NCBI RefSeq assembly: GCF_022539665.2 | Contig: NC_081331.1 | Location: 9,362,001-9,426,000, forward strand | DNA from: Daphnia carinata | Taxonomy: Eukaryota | DNA length: 64,000 nucleotides | Direction of reading: 5' to 3' | Part shown: in pieces, positions 1 to 11,595 of the stretch | Position numbering within the stretch: position 1 is the stretch's first letter | Layout: the number at the start of each line of letters is the position of its first letter | Position numbers and translations under genes: made by a program | Notes under the pieces: generated by a model | What the model saw: the letters and a program-made list of their open reading frames with translations, nothing else | Told to the model about the DNA's origin: nothing | Databases searched by the model: none

Positions 1-471
1 GCTGAGGAAATGAGTAAGAGGGCGACGCAGAGAAATTTGTTCAGTCTAGCGCTGAAAGTGTTAAACCTACTAGGGTTGGTGTACCCAGTGACAGTGACAG
101 CGAAGATTATTATGCAGAAGATCTGGATAGAGAAGGCCGGATGGGACGAGCCCGTATCGGCAAACATAATGCCGCATTGCAAGACGTTCATAAGAGGCTT
201 ATCGGACCTGTCGGAAACAAAGCTGGGAAAATGGATCGGTGAACGCCGACATAAGTTGCATTTATTTTGCGACGGAAGTGATGATGCGTACAGCGTAGCG
301 GCATACGTGGAGAACGGGGGGAGGCGAGACTACTGTGCAGTAAGACGAGAATAGCACCGGATCCAAAAAAATTAGTGTCAACTCCCAGGCTGGAGTTGCT
401 GAATGACTTATTAGCAGCCGGACTTGGGGGAATACATTGAAGGAACCCTTGGATGGTCGTTCGACAACACC
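1..471 (+). mobile_element. BEL/Pao LTR retrotransposon pol fragment (RT connection / N-terminal RNase H), degenerate
   Basis: ORF 10-354 has Pao-type motifs: LLGLVYPVTVTAKIIMQKIW..GWDE and LHLFCDGSDDAYSVAAY. A frameshifted continuation reads ..PRLELL..LLAARLGEYIEGTL. The element runs off the left edge of the window. Confidence 0.85.
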
Positions 472-1049
472 CTGTGAATGAAAGGCGAATCCGGTCGATG
501 GAAAAAGTTCATCCACAACCGGTTAATGGTATGACTTCAATTTCCAACGTTATCAACCTCTGTAGCATCCATCTTTTTCTCGTCGTAATGCAACTTGGTG
601 CAAGTAGGTTCTTGTATCATTACTTGATAAAAGAGGAAGGGCGAACTTTGGTGCCATCGCCAGTTACTTCAATCTAATGTCCCCCAGTATATCCCTACTT
701 CCCATCTTCATTCGTTTCCTGGGTCTCTTTACAGAATAAACGAAATGCGAAAACTTATGCCGCAGACTAAGGGGGTCGAAGATGTAGTGGACATGACATT
801 CAAAAGGGTATCCCTCGACGCAAAGAACAGTGTGCAGCAGTTGCTCGCCTAATTCTTTTGATGTGGTTCCAATTTTGTCGTGATCCACTTCGTGTCAACA
901 GCACGAAGTGGATTTGACCTACGTTCTCAATCAATTAGGTCTACCTGATATACCAAAGGAAGTTCAAGAGAAAATGAATGAGTTTCACTGCCCTGCAATA
1001 GTTACTTACCGCCAGTTACGTGATGTAATAGATGACGCGAAATGCACTA

Positions 1050-2092
1050 TGTCAGAAAATCTGACGTCCGACTCGCAGTCAGGGCATCGGGCTGGGCCTT
1101 GGAGAGAGCATACGGGTACAAACCCGTGGGACGGGGACATAGAAACCCTAGGCCGAGAAATCCAGCCAAATCCCGCGACATAAATAACCCTACCGTTCAA
1201 CGGACTAAGAGTAAGCGTGGCCGGAGAGATGGACATTTGCGCCGTTTATTGAAACCGGGGAACCCGGGATATGATATCCAAATATGTTGACGTACTTTCC
1301 ATCTATGTAGAACGGTCTCTAGCGAGAGAGGACCGAATCATACATCAAGAACCAACGGGAGAAAGAGGGATCGCAGCCGCCCGCGAAATCCTCCAAGTAC
1401 CGGGGTAGGGAAGATTAGAATATCACAAGAAGGGGCAATCCCGCGGTTAGAAGAAAGAAGAACAAGCGGCGACCTCTGGACCAACGTTGAAATTAATGTC
1501 CATTCAATTTGATTTATTTTTCATCGGTGGGTTTTTGTAGGGGTATAAAGAAGGGCCGATTAGGCCCAAGCAATCAACTCACATTTTTACACCGATCCAG
1601 TCTACTCGTCTTCTATGGTAACTGCTCTTTAAACATTTACTTTTGCCTGTTGAGTTGCGCCGCCCCCTTGCCTGCTTCCCGCCGCCTTACCTGCTGCTTG
1701 CCGTCGTACGCCGTCTGCTGCTGCCCGACACCAGTCACCGCCAGTCGCCACCTGCCAACGCTCGACACCGCCACTTGCTCCATCGTCGTCTCACCGCCTG
1801 GCTCTCAACTATAATATAAAGAGTAAGTACTTGTCAATTATTTCATTTCTAATTCTGATTATTCTTAGGTAAAGACTTTTTTGGGTACCGTTGTGTGTCC
1901 GGCCCATAAAGCCCGCCAACTCCACGATAGATTCCCCTATACGGGACTGATATCGCTTCTAGTCGGCAACTCTCAGACGAGAAGCCGCCCAAACATACGC
2001 TGGTCCACTTGCCCGGACTAGGCCCTCAATTCCTCCTGCAAACACTTACAACTACTGAGTCGGCAGCCTCCGACGGTTGAAGAATTTCCACA
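1050..2092 (+). mobile_element. Solo LTR (~1043 bp) of a BEL/Pao-related family
   Basis: Begins TGTCAGAAAATCTGACGTCCGA, matching the LTR start at 6086 (TGTCGGAAATTCCGACGTCCGA). Ends GAATTTCCACA, the inverted complement of the LTR start. Flanked by a near-perfect 5-bp TSD, CACTA (1045-1049) / CACTC (2093-2097). Shares internal blocks such as AATCCCGCGGTT(A/G)GAAGAAAGA with 6086-6575. The host gene resumes directly after it. Confidence 0.85.
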
Positions 2093-2355
2093 CACTCCCC
2101 TTTTCAATACTGTGCAAGACGCTAAAAAGTTTGAAGATACCATTTGTAATCCTGGTACAGCTGTAAACAGTGTAAAACAGTGGTCCACTTGCCCGGACTA
2201 GGCCCTCAATTCCTCCTGCAAACACTTACAACTACTGAGTCGGCAGCCTCCGACGGTTGAAGAATTTCCACACACTCCCCTTTTCAATACTGTGCAAGAC
2301 GCTAAAAAGTTTGAAGATACCATTTGTAACCCTGGTACAGCTGTAAAACAGTGGT
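2001..2355. repeat. 180-bp near-identical tandem duplication spanning the LTR 3' end / host gene junction
   Basis: The sequence starting TGGTCCACTTGCCCGGACTAGG occurs at 2001 and again at 2181, almost identical over ~170 bp. Confidence 0.95.
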
Positions 2356-2574
2356 GGAATATTCCAAATAAGAACTTGTTCCAGAACAGCTGGTTTCGTT
2401 TGTAATTGGGTTCCTCACACGTTTTTTTGGATAACCGTTTAAGGGTACTATAGTAAATCGTTTAACTATTACGTGCCGTCCACCAATTGGATATCTTACT
2501 TTCTCTTTTACGTCATTTTTTACGTCTTTGACGTCAATTGGCATTGGTTTGATTACTCTGGTTTTGAAATAAAA

Positions 2575-3400
2575 GAAGAAATTGCCTGAGTTTCACGGCA
2601 CTGCAATAGATACATACCATCGGCTACTTGAAGTAATAGATGAAGCGAAAAGCATTTCCTTTTCCAATACCGAGGAATACGCTAAAAGGTTTGAAGATAC
2701 CATTTTTAACCTGAGAAACAGCTATGAAACAGCGTGGGAATATTCAAAACAAAGACTTTTTCCAGAACATCTAGTTTCGGTTGGTACTTGGGTTCTCCAC
2801 ACCTTTCTTTGGATAACCGTTTTGGGCATTATATTGAACCTTTTAACTGTTACGTTCCGTCCCCCAATTAGATATCTTATTTTCTGTTTTAAGTCATTTT
2901 CCACGCCTATGACATCAATTCGCATTGGTTTGATTACTCTGGCTTTGACATAAAACAATCTTTCCAGGAAAAAAATTTGAAATAATTCTAAAAATTTCTT
3001 TCCGGCGTTATATTAAATTAATCCGTTTATACAACTTACCGTGTACCAAAGATCCAAAGCAATGCTCTTTCTTTAACAAGCGTTCCCTTTAATCAGTAAT
3101 AACGTATGGAAGTGGGAAGTCGAAGTGATACGGTCTGAAGATTTTTCGCCGTCGTCTTCTTTACTCCCTACATTTTGACCGTTATGGGCGACGTCGAGAC
3201 GAATCGAGTATCAAGCTGCTCAAAACGCTATTTTGATGACTCGAACGTCTCGTTAGTGTGTTGTAGAGGTTGTTCTGTTTTTAGAAGATCGCCTGTATTT
3301 TGTACATGAACGGGTTAAATTTTGATAATGGCGATGGAGATAGAGACAAAAAAATGGAGGCTTTTTAAAGACCCAAAACAAAAGCGTTACAAATTCGTTG
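2575..3400 (+). pseudogene. Bestrophin-like partial copy A2 (C-terminal half plus downstream flank)
   Basis: ORF 2582-2953 (AIDTYHRLLEVIDEAKSISFSNTEEYAKRFEDTIFNLRNSYETAWEYSKQRLFPEHLVSV) matches the 453-aa ORF, with a 1-nt deletion after VLG. 3010-3350 is the reverse complement of ~39360-39690. Confidence 0.85.
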
Positions 3401-3889
3401 CCAATACGGCCGACCAATACGGCCGGCCTCTAGATGTTACTATATGTAACATGCAGCACGTATGTTGCTGATACCCATATGATACTTTTGAAAAAGCTGG
3501 TTGTCGACAGCCCTTTGAGGAGGAAAGCAGGGAAAGCACAGTGTTTTCACTACACCTAGATCTTCCATCATCATCATACGTGTCACTTCACGGTGGCGCA
3601 CTAGCCACATCATATTATCAGTTTCCATTAGGTTTCAATCTGCATTAACAAAATGATTTTGGTATTTGGTCCAAATTTTTTGTATTTGTTTACTTCCACA
3701 TAAATGTTTAATAAAAGGTTGTATGACTAAACAGCAACATGTTCTTTTAAAACCTAGTCAGACAAATTAACCTGATAATGATTATTCTTAGCTGACATAG
3801 CTTATCCACAATAGCAACAAGTAGCAGATCACAACATGGAGCAATTAATCGGTAAGAGACAGTAAAATGTGGAAGTTATAGTTAGGGAA

Positions 3890-4510
3890 CCAATGTTAGC
3901 TAAACTATCTGTTTTAATTCCAGGTTACTCACCATACAACACTAAACTAAGTTGGAATTAAACACATTTTCTCTTCTACCCAGAAAAGGAGAAACAATTT
4001 TACTAAGAAATTTCCGTGTAATCTGGAGTAGTAGCGACGAGGTATACTGTTCTATTTGGAAAAGCTGCGTTGTTTCCATTGCCCGCTTGGTGGCCCATGT
4101 TAACCATTGGCGGATTCCTCTGCCAGTATTCATCCGTTATAATTGTTATAGATATTGTTCACTACTTTTTAAAAGTTAATCGAATGTACACAATGAACAA
4201 GAGATTTATGAATGTGATGGTTAAATTTTATCAATCATGTAGAACATACTTGAAGTTAATGTGTTACGAGGGGTAATATGAACGGGTCACACCGACTTCC
4301 CGACACATTTAAACGAAACGTAAAGATTAAGTAAATTGAGCTAATATCAGAAAAACCAGTTCTGACAGCAGAGAGGCTCCATACTACATCAGAAGCTCAT
4401 TCACTTGCAAATTGCTGAGGCAAACAGCTAGAGCAAGAACCAGAGATAAATTGCGGGACCACGCAAAAATCTGAAAAGTTTAAAACCAAAATTTCAAAGA
4501 ATTTCAGCAA
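3890..4510 (+). repeat. Upstream/5' part of another bestrophin-like repeat unit (copy B), truncated
   Basis: 3965-4400 is a reverse-complement homologue of ~41560-42010 (e.g. GGGTCACACCGACTTCCCG). 3890-3962 is a reverse-complement homologue of ~34050-34125. Confidence 0.85.
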
Positions 4511-4540
4511 AATCCACTATGGCTAAATATCGGACTCACC

Positions 4541-6085
4541 TTCTCCCGATTCCTCCATTTCGCGACCAGCAATTAGGCCCCCCATGATGGAGGACATTCC
4601 CAGGTATAGTGTGAAGATTTGGGCAAAAAGTGGTTGAAATTAGAGAGAAAAAAGTACTGGAGGTAATAAGACATTGTTCGGTGATACAGAACCCTGCAGT
4701 CATAGTATCGAGAGGGCCGTCAATGAATCAACTCAACAGCAAGAAGTACCGGTTGTCAGGACCGGTTTGGCTGGACAATGAAGGAAGCTGGCCGGAGAAT
4801 CCGGCGCAGGCAGACAGAAGCTGCACGACAGAGATAGTAAAAAAAGAAGAAGCAAGAGACTTTACCCGTACAGTTTCACGGTGCAGAGAGAGTTGCACGA
4901 GAACTACAGTGCGTTGCAGACGATCGTAAGAGTATGCGCGACAGTCAGAAGGAAAGCGGGCAGATTTTAAGTGCACACGAGCACCGAGACACCAGAAGCC
5001 GAGATATCGGATGAAATAAGCAAAGAGAAATTCAACATACTGTCGGTAGACGAGATAGGAGAAACTGAACTGGACATATGTAGGCGAATGCAGCAAGAGG
5101 CGTTCCCAGAAGTGGTAACAGCCGTGAAAGAAAACAAGACGTGGAGAAATGAGAAATTCAGAAACCTGGGGTTAATATGGGATAAAAGGAACTGACTAAT
5201 CAGATGCAAGGGCCGCCAGGAGAGTTGGCTGAAGCTCAACGACAAGGGAGGTGGTAATATTGATGCCAGAAAACCACTATTTGACGGATTAATTGATCTA
5301 GCAGACGCATGAGCAACTGAAACACAGGGGGTGAGCACGACAATGGTGGAGATAAGCAGAACGTTCTGGATACCAAGCATGCAAACGATAAAGAGAGAGC
5401 TGAAACGATGCACGAAGTGCCAGAGGTTGGAGATAGCGAACCCGGCTAATGTCACAAGGATGGATTTCGCGGGACCTTTCCAGATAAATACCGCGGCAAC
5501 GAGACAGTGTACCAAGGCGTACATTTACTTGTTTACGTGCGCGGTGACAAGAGCGGTTCAATTAGAAGTGACCACGAATTTAGAGACAGCGACTTTTATT
5601 TAGCACTGAGAAGTTTCTTCCAAGGAGGGGGGGTACCGAAGGCCATGTACTCCGATAATGCAGCGGCGCTTACACAAGCCGCGAGGGACCTGAGAGCGGC
5701 CTATAAGAGCGAGAGGGCGTACAACACACTCGCGGAGTTATACGTCAAATGGAGGTTCTCTCCAAGCTTTTCCCCATGATAGGGTGAATTCTGGGCGATG
5801 ATGGTTCAAGCAGTAAAGAGACTGCTGTACAAAACCTACGGCAACGCTTGTTTAGAGTACGACCTATTTCAAACGGTGTTGGCCAAGATAAAAGATTCTA
5901 TAAATACAATGCCATTAACGTACGTAGCGGAGGACGACAATGAGCCCCTGACACCGAAACAACTGGTTTGGGGGTACAGAGTCAGAGACACCCTATAGAC
6001 GAGGAAGAAAGGGAGTAATCGGACAAAATATTTTTGACAAAGAGAGAGAGGACGAGAAGGAACCTGCGGCAGTCCAATGGGGGAA
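4541..6085 (+). mobile_element. BEL/Pao pol remnant: C-terminal RNase H, integrase zinc-binding and DDE core, and PPT; degenerate
   Basis: Motifs FSDSSI (frameshifted), RHCSVIQNPAVIVSRG, LSGPVWL..WP, HEQLKH.G..C..CQR (HHCC), MDFAGPF..YIYLFTCAVTRAVQLEV, PKAMYSDNA and IN.MPLTYV..D..PLTP. Many stops and frameshifts. Polypurine GGGGGAA at 6079-6085. Confidence 0.92.
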
Positions 6086-6575
6086 TGTCGGAAATTCCGA
6101 CGTCCGAACCTGTCATGGGGGACGGTGTTGGTAAAAGAAGAGCAAGCGGGAAGGCGACAGAAGCAGCGGCATTCGGAACCTACGAGACGGTAGCCGTGGG
6201 AAGTCCATCACCAAGCGGGAACTAGTCCGGAGTTCCCAGTAATTGACTGAGACAGGCCAATAGACGGCATAGACTAAAAACAGCCGAAACTAACAGGATA
6301 AGGCCGGGAATAAATTGATCAGAAGGCCGGTAGCCCGGGAAATATTATTGAAATTTGCTGACTGCTTTTACCTATATGTAGGGCGGTCTCTAAAGCTGAG
6401 AAGGAGAACCGAATAATAGGAACCATCGAGATTGGAGCCAGTTTTAGCCCAGAGAGAGACGAGTAGTCAGGAGTTGGTCAGGGGGAAATGGAGGTTGGAG
6501 GGGAAGGAGAATCCCGCGGTTGGAAGAAAGAGGAGCACTGACGCCACCTGTTCTACCGTTTAAGTTTATGTTCAG
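6086..6575 (+). mobile_element. 3' LTR of the BEL/Pao element (3'-truncated)
   Basis: Starts with TGT directly after the PPT. Homologous to the first ~450 bp of the solo LTR at 1050; similarity is lost after ~6575. Confidence 0.8.
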
Positions 6576-7145
6576 TGTATTGCATGAATTCGTCAACGAT
6601 GTTTTGTTTGCATGAATATATAAAGCCTGGTTAATTATTATATTATTACAATAGGCCCAGTAATACAAACACAATTTTTCATTTATTTTTCGCTGAGTCA
6701 GCAGTCTGAATACATCTTGAAGATGATTTCTTGAACAAATACGTCCGTAACAAATACAATTCAAGAAAGGTGTTTCCGAAAACAATTCAACAGTTTATTT
6801 CCATTTCTTTTGCATCTGATGAAGTCTTGCTCAAATGCCGACCGCTGCTGCTCAGATGCAGGTGGTCAACCACTTGGATTTTGCCTTTGCTTCAAGCAGC
6901 GATTTGCACGCCAAATTGATCAAAGAAATTCCAGAAATGACCACTAGCTTCGAAAACCCTTTCACGACATTGAACAACTTTTCCACTTGGAAGGTTACAT
7001 GTCCGTCGGAAACAACAAGTACCATAAAACCATGAAGAAGGGGGAAAAACTTACCAGTACCAACCAATTGGATGTGTCATAAGGAAAGTAATTAAAATAC
7101 ATTTCAATAAGAAACAGAAGAAACCACCAGCAAATCTTCATCAGT

Positions 7146-10100
7146 TCAATAATACGCTATCGAGACAGTATCGCCAGCGGCATCCGTGTCCGGGGTTTCC
7201 GATACTTCTTCAATTGATCTTCTAGAACGTTTCCTTTTAGGTTGACTGGGTTGATGTTTGCGAAGATGAATCTTTATTAGGTAAGGACTGTGGAAACGCA
7301 TCCCACAATAGGAACATTCGTATGGTTTATCTCGAGTATGGATCTTTTCGTGGGCCATCAGACTCGCCTAAATTTGTAGGAAAACTATCAATGACTGCAT
7401 TCAAAAAATAATGCAAAATTTAGAATTATAACTTACTTTAGTAGTAAGGCTCATAGAGCAATATGAGCAATGAAATCCTAGCGTCGGATCATGTTTAGAC
7501 TAACGAAAAGAGAACATCACTTTTGTGTCAACGTTTACGCTACTGTACGAACGGAGAACTTACCTGGTGATTCGCCAGGTTTTGCTTAGTGAGAAACACC
7601 TTCGAACATACCGCACAAGTATACGTCTTCCCTGGGTGACAGATTGCCATATGATCCTATGTATCGAACCATATTAGAATTATTATATGCTAAACATTTT
7701 ACTGCACACTAGGACAGCTGGAATACCTTCAGTTGCGTCATATCTGAATAGGTGAAATCACAGTCTCCCTGCGTACAACGTACAGCAGCAGCCACACCTG
7801 TGTGGGTCGCGCGATGCTTTTCGTATGCCAGGATCCGGTAGAATCCTTTTTGACAAAACTCGCAGCGATAAATGACTACGCTGGAGTGTCTTGTTCTGTA
7901 AAATATTTCACAAACATTGACGAATTATTATTCGGTTGCGATCAAAACAATAAAAATATGGATACAGCACGGTAAGTATAACACATAATTTTTTTAAAAT
8001 ATTGCAGTTGACCAATAGAACAACATCTCTTCGAAATCATCCGATTTTCAGTCCAATCAGAACATAAAAAAAAGACTAAAATAGAGATCCCGCGCAAGCA
8101 CGCACCTTGATCGAGGTTCATTCGTGCTATCCGATCTTTGTTGTTCATGCTTCCTTCTGTAGTGTTGAACGTAGGTATCCCTTACATGGTTGTGATCGCA
8201 ACGTTAGGGAAATAACAATACGATCATTAATTAGATTTGTAATACGCAGAATTTTTTTAAACAATATGTCATCTGAAGCTAAAGCTACCTGGCAGCGTAA
8301 GATGTACCGCAGATATTGCATGAATATGGTTTTTCGCCTGTGTGTGTCCTATTAGTACAATTATGATTTATTTTTCCACAAAAATAACAATACTACTAAC
8401 TTGATTCGAAGAAAATTTACCGAATGTGACGAACGAGGGTGCCTTTCTCGCGAAATTTCTTGTCGCAGTATGTGCATGTAAACGGCTAAATAGGATAAAA
8501 CAATACTTTTCAAATCAGTTGTTTTATAAGTATAAGAATTAGTTTTGTATTTATTACCCTTTCATCAGTGTGAACCCTTTCATGGACTTCTAATTTGTGT
8601 TTCTGATCGCAGGTATAGCCACAACTGCTACACATGAAGCGTTTCGGCCGCTCTGTTCCTCGATGGTTAATCCGAATGTGTGCATTGAGGTACGCCTTGA
8701 GCAAAAATGCTCGACCACACAGTTCGCATAAGTGTGACTTTATACCGCTGTGGATCTTTAGGTGAATTGCCAAACGTGACGCCAGCACCATTTTGCCGCA
8801 TTGCTCGCATTGTGTTTGTGCTAGAACAATAAGCGATAGTCTTAATCATTCAAAAGGAAGTGTTCATTCAAATAGAACAAATGAAAGCACTTACGTCCCG
8901 ATTTCTTCGCGGTTGGGTATAGCTTCGTTGTTTCATTTGCTCGCTTTCTCTGCTCAAGTTCCTTTGTCCTCTTCAAAATGGAACGAGCGATTTCTTTGTG
9001 TCTGAAAAAAACATGTCAGCATTGATAATAATGATTCAGTTTATCTAGGCAGCATATTGCAACTAAATAATTGGAGATATGCGAATAGAATTACTGAGTG
9101 AGCCGGTCGGAGAACATTTTCAGTCTCATTTGAAGCTTCTGTTTTAAACGAACTTCTTCTTGCAAAAAATGTTTGGCCAGCGCCAAATCAATTTTGTCGT
9201 CCTCACTCTCTTGGATGTTTGTCACGCTAGTTGAACGCCGTACCATGCACGCCTGTTGCTGGTTATTTGTTTCACTTGGTTCACCATTTTCGTAGTCACC
9301 TCCACCATGAAAGAGTTGGGGTAGGGTAGGCTGGACAAGAGGCTGTCCATTTAACGTCACATGGATTTTCCCATTATGGGCTTTCATGTTTTGAATGTCG
9401 GTCAATTTTAACACTGCCTTGCTTTGATTCGGTCGCTCACGAACAACTAGTTCACGGCGGTTGTAGACGCGTTGTGGTCGAGACACCAGAAAAGTCGGCT
9501 GTTTGAAAGACGTCCAGTCATGTACGAACGGTTGCCCTTTAATGCTAGGTAGAGGATGATCATAGAATACAGTTTCCTGGGAGATCATAGCAGGATCAAC
9601 GGGGGTATAAATGCCGTAGCACCAAGTGTGTGAATGATATAAGGGCAATGGGTAGGTCGAAGTATTAAATGGAACTGTTGAGCGTTTGATCAGAGTATGT
9701 TCAAGCTCGTTCGGATGTGTGATGGTATTGCCAAGAATCTGGGCAGGGAACTGCAGAGTAACTGTCTGCCTATCCGGTATTTGTCGTATAGTCCATTCAT
9801 CTTCTACATTACTCCTATTCTCATCACAACTGCTTAGCGATGGGTTATTTTTTGGTTCAACTGCCACAATCTCAGGCGATATGACACTTTCTTGCGTTTC
9901 TTCCAGCGAGGTGGGTCGATTGGAGACTACGGAGAACAACGGATCTTTAAAATGTCCGGATTCCGATTCAGCAATTGTTTCAGTAATATTTGAATTTGGA
10001 TTAAGAATACTCATTTTCGATCCACAGTGAGTTTTACTTTTGTTGCTATACATCTTATGGCTGCTTGATAACTTTTCCTGAAGCTTTTCTTCATTCTGGA

Positions 10101-10974
10101 AGAGATCTTCATTGGAGCTTGAAATATTAGATTCTCGTAAAATTAGTTCCCCGCTATTTAAGACACTAACATCGGCAGAAGTTGCGAAGGAAGATTTATC
10201 CTCTGAAATGTTTGTGAGGTCTTTAGTAGTTTTTGGTTCACATGCAATGGCTTCTTCAAATATTATTTCCACTTGTGCCTCACTGCTTCCATTTCTTCCA
10301 CAGTATACTGAATTCTGTAGATGTTCAGGCACAAAAATTTCAAATTCTCTTAGAATACTTAAAATTCTGTCTTTGCTTTCGACAGAACACAAGAGCTTTC
10401 CAGAATAGATGTACTCAAGAACACAGAACAGTTCTTCAAAGCTCAGATCAATTGAGATACAAACATCCAGTTCTAACTCACAATCAGGTAACAGAGTGGA
10501 AAAGAACCGGCTTGCAGCAGCGAGAACACCTGTGTAAAACATTATATAAAATCATTTCAAGAAACACTGTATTTTCTAAAATTTGAACCTCATCCAATCA
10601 TACTTCTGTTAGCACGGAGCTTGTTTTGTAAGCTGTGTTGTTCATTATTGTCATCTGGAGACTGACAAAAAAATGTAACATCCTAGAACATAAAAAAATT
10701 TTGAGAATCAACGAGACAGACTAGAGAAGAAACTCCCAAAACAAGGTTGGGTATCATACACACAGCATACAAGACTTGTGAAGTCTCATTGTTAAAAAAA
10801 AAATTATTGTTTAGCAGAAGAGAAATAGATATTATCATGTCTTACAGTGAATTGTTCTTTTTTCCATCCATCCACCAACAAAAAATGGTGCAGACATACT
10901 CCATGGTTAATTCCTACAATCTTAACTGGACCTTCACTACTCATAGTTTTTTTCCTTTTGGATGCCATTCCCAT
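7146..10974 (-). CDS. BTB/POZ plus multiple C2H2 zinc finger transcription factor (multi-exon)
   Basis: The spliced N-terminus reads ..GINHG/DMIISISLLL..QVL/DVTFFC..LRANR/VLAAASRFF..LEYIYSGKL (BTB). A large exon spans ~9110-10531. C-terminal exons carry C2H2 fingers with linkers (HSGIKSHLCELCGRAF, HERVHTDER, HTRDKPYECSYCGMRF). Start codon approximate. Confidence 0.88.
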
Positions 10975-11556
10975 CCCGCAACAGTGGCCGTCGTGAAACA
11001 AAGAACACGCGAAGAAAAAAAATCTAAATATTCAAATATAGCGTTTTATTTTCGCAACCCAAACAGTTTCCTCTACTAGAAGTGGTGGGGGATAAGGATA
11101 ACGATAGCAACACTACAGTTAATCTATGGGAACAAGGTATTTTGTATATTTGGAGCATGGAACGGTATCTTGTGGAAATCAGCGTGGAACTGGGAGGAAG
11201 CATCTACCCATACTGTGGAAGTTGCCAACGGCAAAGTGCGTCGCGGAGGGCGGAATGTAATCAACTACCTTTGTTAATACTATGCTAATAAAACCAAATA
11301 TTCGTATTTCCTGTTGATTTATAGCATTTTAATACCAAACAGTAAAATCTCCGGTGTTTAATCTACAGCTGTGTTATTAAAATTTCGTAAATTCGCATTT
11401 TCTTCTATTTTTTCACCAAAACACCAGCGCCGAAGGCTGAGTTGCAAAACCTATGAATGTGCTTTGAAAAACACAAGGGAAATTTAACATGAGACAAATA
11501 ATCGATCAGCACAAAGATCTACAATTTATAGTATTGTTGTTTGTAATTGGTTTATC

Positions 11557-11558
<2 letters not shown>

Positions 11559-11591
<33 letters not shown>
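11559..11591. repeat. Poly(T) tract, ~33 nt
   Basis: Directly visible homopolymer. Confidence 0.95.

Positions 11592-11595
<4 letters not shown>

Larger units (their letters stand above)
500..2570 (+). pseudogene. Bestrophin-like pseudogene copy A, interrupted by a solo LTR (1050-2092)
   Basis: Nucleotide and peptide similarity to ORF 40168-41529: IHLFLVVMQLGASRFLYHYLI vs IHLLLVVMQLVTFGASRLIYHYLL, and DLTYVLNQLGLPDIPKEVQEK vs DWTYILDELGLSDVEEQVQKK. It has multiple frameshifts and stops. Confidence 0.85.
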
